Program-made: the position numbers and the translations under genes
The notes under the pieces: model-generated
Databases searched by the model: none
What the model was told of the DNA's origin: nothing
What the model saw: the letters and a program-made list of their open reading frames with translations, nothing else
Shown: positions 26,943 through 36,264 of the stretch, one piece after another
How positions within the stretch are numbered: the first letter of the stretch is position 1
How the letters are laid out: each line of letters starts with the position of its first letter
IMG/VR virus record: IMGVR_UViG_3300045988_175656
Direction: 5' to 3' (one strand)
Source: a virus
Length of the DNA: 64,000 nt

Positions 26943-28104
26943 GTTAGCTGAAAAGACTTTTAATACATTATTAATTGATGGGTCTAATTTGTTAGAAATA
27001 TCTTATAATGGAGATAAAAGATGTAATTCTGAAGGGAAACAAGTAGGGGGAATTTTTCAATTTCTCCTACAAATTAAAATATTACTTCAGAAAGGAAATT
27101 TTGATTATGTTTATACTTTTTGGGATGGTGATAAATCTGGTCAAATGAGATATAATTTATACCCTTTATATAAAGCAAATAGAGATAAAGTGTTTGATGA
27201 ACCCAATTTGTCAGATTATTCTAAATCTGTTAATGAAACAGTAAGACAAATGATGAAGTGGGCTAAAGAGAAACAAGCAAAAAAACGTGAAGAAAATCCT
27301 GATAAGTATCAACAAAAATTAAAAGATAAAGAGGTCTTTTATTTTCAAAGAGAAGCTGTTATGAAATGTCTTGAAGAGTTGTTTGTTAGACAATGTATTT
27401 CAGATGGTGTAGAAGCGGATGATTTTATTGGTTATTATGTAGTACATAAAAAACCAAATGAAAGAATTGTTATTTTATCTGGTGATAGGGATTTAACTCA
27501 ATTAATTCAAAAAGATGTAATCGTTTATTGCCCATCCCCAAATATGAAAACATTCCTGAATCTAGAGAACCATAAGGATTTAATTGGTTATAGAGCAGAG
27601 AATGTATTGGTTAAGAAAATCATTTGTGGTGATGTGTCTGATAATATAAAAGGTATTAAAGGGGTTGGTGAAGAAACTCTTTTAAAACATTTTCCAGAAT
27701 TAAAAGAACGAGAAGTGCATTTAGAAGAGATTTTAGAGCGTTCTAAACAAATGATAGAAGAACGTAAGGCTGATAAGAAAAAACCTCTAAAATGGACGGA
27801 AAACATCATTAATCGAGTTACTGATGGAGTACAAGGCGAAGATATTTTTGAAATTAATGAAAAAATAATTAATTTAAGAAAACCTTTACTAACCCCTGAA
27901 GCAATTGAACAAATAGATTCAATGATGTATGCCCCATTAGACCCAGATGGAAGGAGTTTACAAAACCTATACAATATCATTTTGTCTTATGGGATTGATG
28001 AATTGAAGGATAGTAATAAGTTTGGTAATTTTTTTATTGAGTTTAAGTACTTGATTGATAAGGAAGAAAAGTTTTTTAAGAAAGAAAACTCTAAAAACAA
28101 ATGA
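26899..28104 (+). CDS. 5'-3' exonuclease / flap endonuclease (T4 RNase H-like)
   Basis: LLIDGSNLL, YPLYKANR, EADDFIGYY, ILSGDRDLTQL and GDVSDNIKGIKGVGEET (helix-hairpin-helix) are the FEN/PIN-like 53EXO motifs. Confidence 0.85.
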   Translation: MSQPIPKKIVQAKPELAEKTFNTLLIDGSNLLEISYNGDKRCNSEGKQVGGIFQFLLQIKILLQKGNFDYVYTFWDGDKSGQMRYNLYPLYKANRDKVFDEPNLSDYSKSVNETVRQMMKWAKEKQAKKREENPDKYQQKLKDKEVFYFQREAVMKCLEELFVRQCISDGVEADDFIGYYVVHKKPNERIVILSGDRDLTQLIQKDVIVYCPSPNMKTFLNLENHKDLIGYRAENVLVKKIICGDVSDNIKGIKGVGEETLLKHFPELKEREVHLEEILERSKQMIEERKADKKKPLKWTENIINRVTDGVQGEDIFEINEKIINLRKPLLTPEAIEQIDSMMYAPLDPDGRSLQNLYNIILSYGIDELKDSNKFGNFFIEFKYLIDKEEKFFKKENSKNK

Positions 28105-28135
28105 TATTTTATTGGCAAATAACAAAAATAAGTTG

Positions 28136-28143
28136 TATATTTG
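28136..28143 (+). promoter_or_regulatory. Bacteroidota-type -7 box TATATTTG (ATTG 21 nt upstream)
   Basis: The context is TTGTATATTTGCAC, with ATTG at 28111-28114. Confidence 0.6.
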
Positions 28144-28227
28144 CACTACGAAACGGAAATGATAATAGCGTTTTAAAAGAAATTTTATCAAAAATATGTA
28201 TGTCAAATTTTGTTTACAAAAATTAAA

Positions 28228-29067
28228 ATGGAACAAAAAAGAGAATATCGTCAAGAACGTTTTCAATTTGTATTATCAGTGAATGATAATATTATTTGTC
28301 AACGTTATTTTAGAATAAACGGTTTCAATGAAGATTCTTTAAATTCTTTGGAGCTGAAAGAAACGGTTGATGAAATTACAACTGGTATCATTTCATCAAT
28401 TCCTCTTCAGGGAATGGATAAATGTTTAACAGGAATGGACAGAGGTTTGATAAACTCTGACCTTGTATCAAAAAGTCGTGTTTATTTGTGGTACACAAAT
28501 AACAAAATGCCAATGAAACTTACTGGTTTCGAAAATCCAGCTGAAGCTACATATATTGAATATGAAAATGCTGAAGCTGATATGGAAGAATGGGTTGGTA
28601 AAATGCAAAACCCGTGGGAAATAACATTCAAATTTTCTTTCTTGGTGGATGAAAGGGAAGTTTGTACAAGAATTTGGGATGGCAGTGCATATCCTAAATA
28701 TGTTAGGGATAGTGTAGACATTACTAACAAGAAAAGTTCATATGAGAATGAAGATGTAAATAGATTATCTTTTTCTGCGAACCTTATCAGACACATGACT
28801 ATTGACAAGACTGACTTAGTGTATAGTATTATTGAAAAGTTTTGTGATGTATTAAGTTCAACTTATACAAAACAATATTATTATACAAAAGTTTTGAATT
28901 ATGGCAATGGTAAACAAAAATCTAAACATGGCAAAAAAACTTACCATTTAAATAACAAATATTATATTAATAGTTTGGAAAAACTGTACGCCAATAAAAC
29001 AAAACTGTACATGGATTCACTTTATCCATCGAGAAAAGAATGTGAATACTATAACAATTGTTTATAA
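28228..29067 (+). CDS. hypothetical protein upstream of the helicase (speculative helicase-loader position)
   Basis: I place the start at ATG 28228 (MEQKREY...) rather than the track's TTG at 28210. No family recognised. Confidence 0.55.
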   Translation: MEQKREYRQERFQFVLSVNDNIICQRYFRINGFNEDSLNSLELKETVDEITTGIISSIPLQGMDKCLTGMDRGLINSDLVSKSRVYLWYTNNKMPMKLTGFENPAEATYIEYENAEADMEEWVGKMQNPWEITFKFSFLVDEREVCTRIWDGSAYPKYVRDSVDITNKKSSYENEDVNRLSFSANLIRHMTIDKTDLVYSIIEKFCDVLSSTYTKQYYYTKVLNYGNGKQKSKHGKKTYHLNNKYYINSLEKLYANKTKLYMDSLYPSRKECEYYNNCL

Positions 29068-29076
29068 TAAAAAAAT

Positions 29077-30507
29077 ATGGTAGAAAATTCAAAAAACCGA
29101 GATAATTTAGGTTATCTCGGTCCTGAATTTCAATATAAATTAGTAAGGGCATTTATGGATGACCATAAATTTTTTGTAGGCATCAATAACATTATTGACC
29201 AAAACATGTTTACAGAAAGTGCACTTAGAACTTATGTTGGAGTGTTAAAAGAGTATTATGAAGTACATGAGATGATACCTTCTTATCAACTCATGGAAAT
29301 TGAACTTCGTTCAAAGTCTAAAAATGATTTAGAAATTCAAACATATGTAGATACTTTAAAAAAGATTAAACAAACACCTAATGAGGGAATTGATAGTATA
29401 AGAGATATTGCTGATAGGTTTTTTAAACAACAGAATTTAACTAAAGCTATTAATAAGATTAGTAAAGTCATTGAAAATGGCGAATATGACAGATATTATG
29501 AATGTGAAGATATAATTCGTAAAGCTCTTGAAGTTGGAAGTGAAGAAGATTTAGGAATTGGTGTGTTTGACAATCTTGAATTAGTTCTTTCAGATGATTA
29601 TAGATGTCCAATTCCAACAGGTATTGGTAAAATTGATGAAACTTTGGAAGGTGGTTTAGGTAAAGGTGAACTTGGTATTGTATTAGGTCCATCATCATTT
29701 GGTAAAACATCTTTAACAACTGCAATGGTTTCTTATGCTGCAACTTATAAGTGTGATAAAAACGATTATAAAGGCTTTAAAGTCCTACAAATCGTATTTG
29801 AGGATAGGGAGAAACAAATTCAACGTAAACACCTTGGTAGAATTGCTGATGTTGAAGCAAAAGATTTATCAAAACCAAACTTTAAAGAACAAGTTTTAAA
29901 ATCTATTAATAATTTTGAAGATTATGAATTAATTAAAAATAATATCAGAATTATTCGTTTTCAAAGTGGTGAAAAAACTGCAAGTCAAATAAGACAATTT
30001 ATTAAAAAGTTGATAAATTCAGGATTTAAACCTGATATGGTTATTGTCGATTATTTTGAATGTGTTAAACTTGAAGCAGGAACAACAGCAGGTGATAATG
30101 AATGGTCAAGAGAAGGTATTACAATGCGTAAATTTGAATCTATGGCTAACGAACTGGATATTGCATTATGGGTTCCAATTCAAGGTACTAAAGATTCTCT
30201 TGGGGCTGAATTGGTTACAATGAGTCAAGGTGGTGGTTCTGTAAAAAAAATTCAGATTGGTCATATTATTATGTCTATTGCTCGTACAATGGAAAGCATT
30301 GAACGTAATTTGGCAACCATTGCAATTCTTAAAAATCGTGCAGGTAAAGCTGGTAAAGTATTTAACAATGTTGAGTTCAATAATGGTACATGTAGAATCA
30401 GTACTGATAATATTGACGAATTTAATATGGTTGAATATAATGAGGATAAACAAAAACAAAGAGAACAACTTGCCAAAGAAGTGATTAATGGACTTGGTAA
30501 GAAATAA
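29077..30507 (+). CDS. replicative DNA helicase (DnaB / T4 gp41-like)
   Basis: GIGKIDETLEGGLGKGELGIVLGPSSFGKTS (Walker A), MVIVDYFE (Walker B) and ILKNRAGKAGK (DnaB-family motif). Confidence 0.85.
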   Translation: MVENSKNRDNLGYLGPEFQYKLVRAFMDDHKFFVGINNIIDQNMFTESALRTYVGVLKEYYEVHEMIPSYQLMEIELRSKSKNDLEIQTYVDTLKKIKQTPNEGIDSIRDIADRFFKQQNLTKAINKISKVIENGEYDRYYECEDIIRKALEVGSEEDLGIGVFDNLELVLSDDYRCPIPTGIGKIDETLEGGLGKGELGIVLGPSSFGKTSLTTAMVSYAATYKCDKNDYKGFKVLQIVFEDREKQIQRKHLGRIADVEAKDLSKPNFKEQVLKSINNFEDYELIKNNIRIIRFQSGEKTASQIRQFIKKLINSGFKPDMVIVDYFECVKLEAGTTAGDNEWSREGITMRKFESMANELDIALWVPIQGTKDSLGAELVTMSQGGGSVKKIQIGHIIMSIARTMESIERNLATIAILKNRAGKAGKVFNNVEFNNGTCRISTDNIDEFNMVEYNEDKQKQREQLAKEVINGLGKK

Positions 30508-30512
30508 TTACT

Positions 30513-30549
30513 AAAAAACGAGTACTAAATATGCTCGTTTTTTGTTTTT
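30513..30549 (+). terminator. intrinsic terminator after the helicase gene
   Basis: 10-bp stem AAAAAACGAG / CTCGTTTTTT, 11-nt loop, then a T-rich tail. Confidence 0.75.
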
Positions 30550-30689
30550 ATATCATAAAAATTTTTAAAAATTTTTTCTTTTTGATTATCAAAAAATTAA
30601 ATAGTAAATGTTGAAGTAATTTATATTATAGCTTATAATTTATAAAAACAGATGCTTATTTATAAATTACAAAATTTAATGTTTTAATT

Positions 30690-33371
30690 ATGAGTAAAAA
30701 TTATTTATATGACCAAGTATATGAAAGTTGCTTGAAGTACTTTGATGGTGATGAACTAGCGGCAACTACTTGGATTAAAAAATATTGTTTAAAAAACAAT
30801 GATGGAACATATAGTGAATTAAATCCTGATGATATGCATAAACGAATGGCAAAAGAATTTGCTAAAGTGGAACATATCTATGAATATAACACAAATGATG
30901 ATTTGAAGTTAAAATTATCTGAGTATGGTTATAATAGAGGGGTGTTGGATGAAGAAGGTATATATAAGTTGTTTAAAGATTTTAAATATGTCATACCTGG
31001 TGGTTCTGTTATGTCAGGTTTAGGTAATCCATTACCTGTTAGTTTGTCAAATTGTTGGGTTATTGATGGACCTAATGATTCGATTGATGATATATTTAGA
31101 GTTTGCAATGAACAGAGCCAATTAATGAAACGTAGGGGTGGAGTTGGTTTTGATATATCAAAATTAAGACCATATGGTTCTATTGTTAATAATTCAGCAA
31201 AAACATCAACAGGTGCAGTTTCTTTCATGGATTTATTTAGCCATGTTACTAATACTATTGCACAAGCAGGTAGACGTGGGGCTTTAATGTTATCCATCTC
31301 AATAAAACATCCAGATGCTAAAGAATTTATTGAGAAAAAACAAGATTTAACGAAAGTAACAGGAGCTAATATTTCAGTTCAAATTGATGATGAATTTATG
31401 AAATTAGCAACATCAAATTACGATAATTTGTATGTACAAAGGTTTCCTATTGATGCAACTAATGAAGAGTTGTTTGGTGCAGATTATGATGATATAATTA
31501 ATTCATGTGAATTGAATAAATTGTATGATGGTAGAACAAAAAATACTTATTTTAAAATTATAAATGCGAAGGAGTTATGGAATGATGTAATTCATTGTGC
31601 GTGGAGTACTGCTGAACCAGGTATTATATTTCAAACTAATCACTATGACTATTCTCCTGATGGCGTTTACCCTTCTTTTAGAGGTTCTTGCACAAACCCA
31701 TGTGGCGAAATCTTTATGCATGAAGATAGTTGTAGATTGATACATATAAATTTAACATCTTTTATTGATAATCCATTTACTGATAATGCGTCAATTAATG
31801 ATGAAAGATTATATGAAATCACTTATGAAGCAATGAGACTTGGTGATGATTTGGTTGATTTAGAAGCTGATGCAATACGAAAAATTTTAGCTAAAATTGA
31901 AAATGATGGGGATGAAAATAACAGTGAATATAAATTATATCAAAGATTATTAAGTCATACATTAGAAGGTAGACGTTGTGGGCTTGGTTTTACTGGTCTT
32001 GCTGACATGATAGCTATGCTAGGTCTTAAATATGATTCAGAAGCGTCATTATCAATTATTAATCATGTTATGAGACTAATGTTTATTGCTGAAATGGATT
32101 CTCAAATAGACATGGCAATTACAAGAGGGAATTTTAGTGCTCAAAATATGGAGTTTGAACATGTTGGCAATAGATGGTATGAATTTTTGAAAAATGATTT
32201 CAATAGTATCTATCATAAGATGCTAAAATATGGTCGTAGAAATATTTCTTTTAATACAGTTGCTCCAACAGGTACAGTTTCTTTGATGGCTAAATGTTCA
32301 AGTGGTATAGAACCTATTTTTTTACCATTCTACACAAGAAGAAGAAAATGCATGAGCGATGGTGACAGAGTTGATTTTGTTGACCAAGTGGGAGAAAAAT
32401 ATACTGAATTTGTTGTTGTTCATCCAACATTTAGGAAATGGGCAGAAACTTATTTTAGTGAATTATCAAAAGAAACTCTTAATGAGTGGAAATTAGAAGA
32501 TTGGACAGCAGCTTATAAATTAAGCCCTTGGTATGAATCTACTGCAAATGATATAAATTGGGAAAAACGTGTTGAGTTACAAGGAATTGTACAAAAATAT
32601 ATTACCCATTCAATTTCTTCAACTGTTAATTTACCTAATAGTGTCACTGAAGATGAAGTTTCGAATATTTACATTAAATCTTGGAAAAATCAATTGAAAG
32701 GCATTACTTGTTATCGTGATGGGTGTCGTAGTGGTGTATTGGTTTCAACAAAGAAAGAATCTAAGCCTGAAGAAAAAAAAGATGATAATAAAGTTTGTAT
32801 AAATAATCAACCAATATCAAAAAGACCTAAAGAGATACCATGTAAAATATTTAGATTTAGTAATAAAGGTGAAAAGTGGGTTGGTGTTGTTGGTTTAGTA
32901 GATGATAGACCTTATGAAATTTTTACTGGTATTCTTGAAAAATTAAATATACCTAATTGGGTTGAAGATGGTTTTATTGTTAGAAATAAAGAAAAAATAA
33001 TAGTTGATGGGGAAGAAAAACTGATGTCAAGATATGATATTTGTTATATAGATAAAGATGGATATAAAACTTGTGTTGAAGGTCTTTCAAGAACATTTAA
33101 CCCTGAATATTGGAATTATGCTAAATTGATAAGTGGACTTTTAAGGCATAGAATGCCATTACCTTATTTGATTAAAATTATATCATCATTAAATCTTGAT
33201 GCATCTAATATTAATACTTGGAAAAATGGCGTTATAAGAACATTAAGAAAATTTAATGATTCAAATATTGAAGAAGGGCATTATGAAACTTGTCCTGAAT
33301 GTGGTGGAAGATTATTAAATGAAGGGGGTTGCCTTCATTGTTTGGACTGTGGTTATTCAAAATGTGGATAA
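30690..33371 (+). CDS. nrdJ: class II (adenosylcobalamin-dependent) ribonucleotide reductase
   Basis: TNPCGEIFMHEDSCRLIHINL, NTVAPTGTVSL, ITCYRDGCR, and a C-terminal Zn-ribbon CPECGG...CLHCLDCGYSKCG. Confidence 0.9.
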   Translation: MSKNYLYDQVYESCLKYFDGDELAATTWIKKYCLKNNDGTYSELNPDDMHKRMAKEFAKVEHIYEYNTNDDLKLKLSEYGYNRGVLDEEGIYKLFKDFKYVIPGGSVMSGLGNPLPVSLSNCWVIDGPNDSIDDIFRVCNEQSQLMKRRGGVGFDISKLRPYGSIVNNSAKTSTGAVSFMDLFSHVTNTIAQAGRRGALMLSISIKHPDAKEFIEKKQDLTKVTGANISVQIDDEFMKLATSNYDNLYVQRFPIDATNEELFGADYDDIINSCELNKLYDGRTKNTYFKIINAKELWNDVIHCAWSTAEPGIIFQTNHYDYSPDGVYPSFRGSCTNPCGEIFMHEDSCRLIHINLTSFIDNPFTDNASINDERLYEITYEAMRLGDDLVDLEADAIRKILAKIENDGDENNSEYKLYQRLLSHTLEGRRCGLGFTGLADMIAMLGLKYDSEASLSIINHVMRLMFIAEMDSQIDMAITRGNFSAQNMEFEHVGNRWYEFLKNDFNSIYHKMLKYGRRNISFNTVAPTGTVSLMAKCSSGIEPIFLPFYTRRRKCMSDGDRVDFVDQVGEKYTEFVVVHPTFRKWAETYFSELSKETLNEWKLEDWTAAYKLSPWYESTANDINWEKRVELQGIVQKYITHSISSTVNLPNSVTEDEVSNIYIKSWKNQLKGITCYRDGCRSGVLVSTKKESKPEEKKDDNKVCINNQPISKRPKEIPCKIFRFSNKGEKWVGVVGLVDDRPYEIFTGILEKLNIPNWVEDGFIVRNKEKIIVDGEEKLMSRYDICYIDKDGYKTCVEGLSRTFNPEYWNYAKLISGLLRHRMPLPYLIKIISSLNLDASNINTWKNGVIRTLRKFNDSNIEEGHYETCPECGGRLLNEGGCLHCLDCGYSKCG

Positions 33372-33376
33372 TTAAA

Positions 33377-33411
33377 ATAAGGGAGATTTAAAAAGTCTCC
33401 CTTATTTTTTT
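33377..33411 (+). terminator. intrinsic terminator after the RNR gene
   Basis: 10-bp stem ATAAGGGAGA / TCTCCCTTAT, 9-nt loop, then T7. Confidence 0.8.
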
Positions 33412-33468
33412 ATTTAACTATTTAAATTGTTAAGATTGTTATATATATTATTATAACAATAGTTTACT

Positions 33469-33858
33469 ATGGCAAAAATACAATATTATAACATTCATTA
33501 CCCTTTCACGTCAAAAGGGATTGAGAAATTCTTTGTTGATTTGGATAGCGATTCGCAAAAAGCTATGCAAAGTGATATTATGCATGTTATATTTACACCA
33601 AAAGGGCAACGTATTAGAAATCCCGAATTTGGTACTAATCTGATAAAATATTTGTTCAATCCTAATGATAATGAAACATGGACTGATGTAAAAGCTGAAA
33701 TTAAAACAGCAGTGGCACAATTTGTTCCAAATGTGACATTAACAGACTTAAATGTTTATGCTAATGGTAGTAATGGTCATGGATTGGTCGCTGAAATAAG
33801 CTATTCAGTTAATGAAGATAATTTTACTTCAGATTATACAATAATAACAAACATTTAA
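33469..33858 (+). CDS. baseplate wedge protein, gp25/GPW-like
   Basis: YPF...DSDSQKAMQSDIMHVIFTPKGQRIRNPEFGTNLIKYLFNPND follows the GPW_gp25 pattern. 129 aa. Confidence 0.85.
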   Translation: MAKIQYYNIHYPFTSKGIEKFFVDLDSDSQKAMQSDIMHVIFTPKGQRIRNPEFGTNLIKYLFNPNDNETWTDVKAEIKTAVAQFVPNVTLTDLNVYANGSNGHGLVAEISYSVNEDNFTSDYTIITNI

Positions 33859-33866
33859 AGATACAA

Positions 33867-35882
33867 ATGGAAAAAATGATAAGTTATCTTGCAAGAAATT
33901 ATGATGATTTCAAATCAGAGTTTCAAAAATATACAAGAAAATATTATCCTTCAATGATGAACGATTTTCAAGATGCATCAGTTGGAGAATGGTTCATTGA
34001 CTTGATTAGTGCTCTAGGTGATGACCTTTCATATCATACAGATAGAACTTTTCAAGAAACTGATAGTAATAGTGCTCAACAAAAAGGTTCATTGTTGGAT
34101 ATAGCAAGAACTAATGGACTTAAAATACCAGGACGTAAATCTGCAATGGTAGAAATTGAAATCAGTTGCGAATTACCATTAAAAGGGGACCCAAAATTAC
34201 AATTAGCTGATGAATCATATGCTCCAATTGTAAAACAAGGCACAGTAATTTCAACAGGTTTAATTACGTTTCAAATAATGCATGATGTTAATTTTGCTGA
34301 ACAATTTAATGAAGATGGCATATCTGATAGACAAATTATACCAAAGAGAAATGCCAATGGTTTAATTGAAAAATATACTTATAAAAAATTAGCATTAGCA
34401 CTTGCAGGGGAATCTAAAATATACCGACAAACTTTAACAAGTAATGATATTGTTCCATTCATGGAAGTATTATTACAGGATGCTAATATTTTGAATGTGG
34501 AATCAATTATATTTAAAGATGGTACTAATTTTAAAGATGACCCACCTATTTCCGATTTTATGATTGAGAGTGAAATATATACACCTAAAGAGAATGGAAC
34601 TAAAACTTGGCGTTTTTTTGAAGTTGATTCATTAATCGAACAATATCGTTTTGGTGATGTGTTAAACTCTGATGGTGTTCCTCAAAGTGAATTTTACACA
34701 ATGCCTGGTATTGATGAAAATGGTAATTATTTAGTTGACGATGGTGGAAGTAATGTTTGTGTAAGGACAGCACAAGTTTATAAAGGGGAATGGAAATTTT
34801 TAAGACAAAAGTTTATTACAGAATACACAAATAATGGTCAGTTGAAAGTAATATTTGGTGCTGGTGGAAATATGGTACTTCCAAATCCTAACTCAAATTA
34901 CATTAAATACCAAATGAGTAAAATGGCAAGTAATGATTTTCTTGGGGTATTACCCGAAGCAGGTTGGACTATGTTTATTCTATATCGTGTTGGTGGTGGG
35001 GAACAATCAAATATTGCAGCAAATACATTAACAAATTTTGTTTATAGAAATATACAAATTGATGGTAATCCAGATGATACAGATTGTGTTGAAAAAACTA
35101 AAGCTGTTAAAGATTCTCTAAAGGTTACTAATCCAAGCCCTTCTTTTGGTGGTAAGGATGAACCAACAGAAGATGAAATACGTTATTTGATTAAATATAA
35201 TAATTCAGCACAAGACAGATGTGTTACTTTAAAGGATTATTATGTGAGACTGATGAAAATGCCAGCCAAATATGGCACACCATTTAGATTAGGTGTCATT
35301 GAAGAAAACAATAAAGTAGTTATTTATACTCTTGGTCTTAATGAATCAGGACAATTAAGTAAGCTGTTACCTTCAGCAATGGTTGATAATATTCAATCAT
35401 ATTTGAGCAATTATCGTATGATTAATGATTTTGTTGAACTTCGTTCTGGTAAAATTATTAATTTATCATTTGAGGTGGATGTTTTTATAAGTAAAACATA
35501 TGATAAAAGTGAGGTTGTTAGAACTGTGATTGATACTGTTTATGATTATATGGATATTAACAAACATCAAATGGGTGAAGATATTTTTGTTGGTGATTTG
35601 GAGAAAGATATTTCTAAAATTGATGGTGTTATCAACTTAATTGATTTAAGAGTGTATAATGAGACAGGTGTGGGTTATTCTGATGATGGTACAACACAAC
35701 AAATTGTGTCCCCTTATGTTTGCCCTACTGACCCTGAAGAAATGCAAGATACTGAGGTAGTGGCAGGTAGAAGCCAAATTGATTTAAAAGCATCAGATGG
35801 ATTACTATTTAGTGAATCTAATTCAATGTTTGAAATTTTAAACAAAAGTAAAGATATTAGAATAAGAGTTAAAACTCGTTAA
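33867..35882 (+). CDS. baseplate J / gp6-like wedge protein
   Basis: 671 aa, directly after the gp25-like gene. FGGKDEPTEDEIRYLIKYN...CVTLKDYY matches the conserved baseplate-J block. Confidence 0.8.
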   Translation: MEKMISYLARNYDDFKSEFQKYTRKYYPSMMNDFQDASVGEWFIDLISALGDDLSYHTDRTFQETDSNSAQQKGSLLDIARTNGLKIPGRKSAMVEIEISCELPLKGDPKLQLADESYAPIVKQGTVISTGLITFQIMHDVNFAEQFNEDGISDRQIIPKRNANGLIEKYTYKKLALALAGESKIYRQTLTSNDIVPFMEVLLQDANILNVESIIFKDGTNFKDDPPISDFMIESEIYTPKENGTKTWRFFEVDSLIEQYRFGDVLNSDGVPQSEFYTMPGIDENGNYLVDDGGSNVCVRTAQVYKGEWKFLRQKFITEYTNNGQLKVIFGAGGNMVLPNPNSNYIKYQMSKMASNDFLGVLPEAGWTMFILYRVGGGEQSNIAANTLTNFVYRNIQIDGNPDDTDCVEKTKAVKDSLKVTNPSPSFGGKDEPTEDEIRYLIKYNNSAQDRCVTLKDYYVRLMKMPAKYGTPFRLGVIEENNKVVIYTLGLNESGQLSKLLPSAMVDNIQSYLSNYRMINDFVELRSGKIINLSFEVDVFISKTYDKSEVVRTVIDTVYDYMDINKHQMGEDIFVGDLEKDISKIDGVINLIDLRVYNETGVGYSDDGTTQQIVSPYVCPTDPEEMQDTEVVAGRSQIDLKASDGLLFSESNSMFEILNKSKDIRIRVKTR

Positions 35883-35902
35883 TTAATATATTTTTAACAA
35901 TT

Positions 35903-35932
35903 AAAGGCAGCTATTTTTAGTTGCCTTTTTTA
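35903..35932 (+). terminator. intrinsic terminator
   Basis: 10-bp stem AAAGGCAGCT / AGTTGCCTTT (one G-U pair), 6-nt loop, then T6. Confidence 0.7.
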
Positions 35933-35961
35933 TTGACTTTTAAATAGATAGATTTTATTTT
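35933..35961 (+). promoter_or_regulatory. candidate sigma-70-style promoter TTGACT-N17-TATTTT
   Basis: TTGACT at 35933-35938 and TATTTT at 35956-35961, 21 nt upstream of the ATG at 35983. It heads the ~20-kb fibre operon. Confidence 0.4.
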
Positions 35962-35982
35962 TTATTCAAAACGAAGAATAAA

Positions 35983-36264
35983 ATGGGATGTAATTGTAAA
36001 GCTCAGAATAATTTTAATAAGATAGCTTCTAAGTATGGGGATGCTTTACCTAACAAAATTGAAGGTAGAGCAGGTTTCAGAGGAATTATTGATGCATGTA
36101 TGAATGCAATTGGTCAAATTATTACTGGAATTTTATTGTGCGTGTTATTTATTGTCATAGCAGTTCCAATTGTGTTTTATATTGGTGGATGTATGATTAT
36201 TGGAAAAGAAGCGCATATAAAATTATTGAATTTTAAAAAGAAAAATAAGAATGACTCAAAATAA
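35983..36264 (+). CDS. small membrane protein (holin-like topology)
   Basis: 93 aa. One long hydrophobic stretch AIGQIITGILLCVLFIVIAVPIVFYIGGCMIIG and a Lys-rich C-terminus KKKNKNDSK. Confidence 0.5.
   Translation: MGCNCKAQNNFNKIASKYGDALPNKIEGRAGFRGIIDACMNAIGQIITGILLCVLFIVIAVPIVFYIGGCMIIGKEAHIKLLNFKKKNKNDSK

Noticed and set aside
28210-28227. TTG start at 28210 given by the ORF track.
   Set aside because: An ATG at 28228 (MEQKREY...) is 6 codons downstream and is the more likely initiation site. The call was adjusted rather than dropped.
30550-30689. Cobalamin riboswitch or tRNA in the leader of the B12-dependent RNR.
   Set aside because: The region is almost pure A/T. It has no GC-rich B12-box-like core and no cloverleaf-capable stems.
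30690-33371. Intein or intron interrupting the RNR gene (also considered for the helicase at 29077-30507).
   Set aside because: The catalytic motifs occur in the normal order and spacing in one continuous ORF. No homing-endonuclease-like insert was seen.
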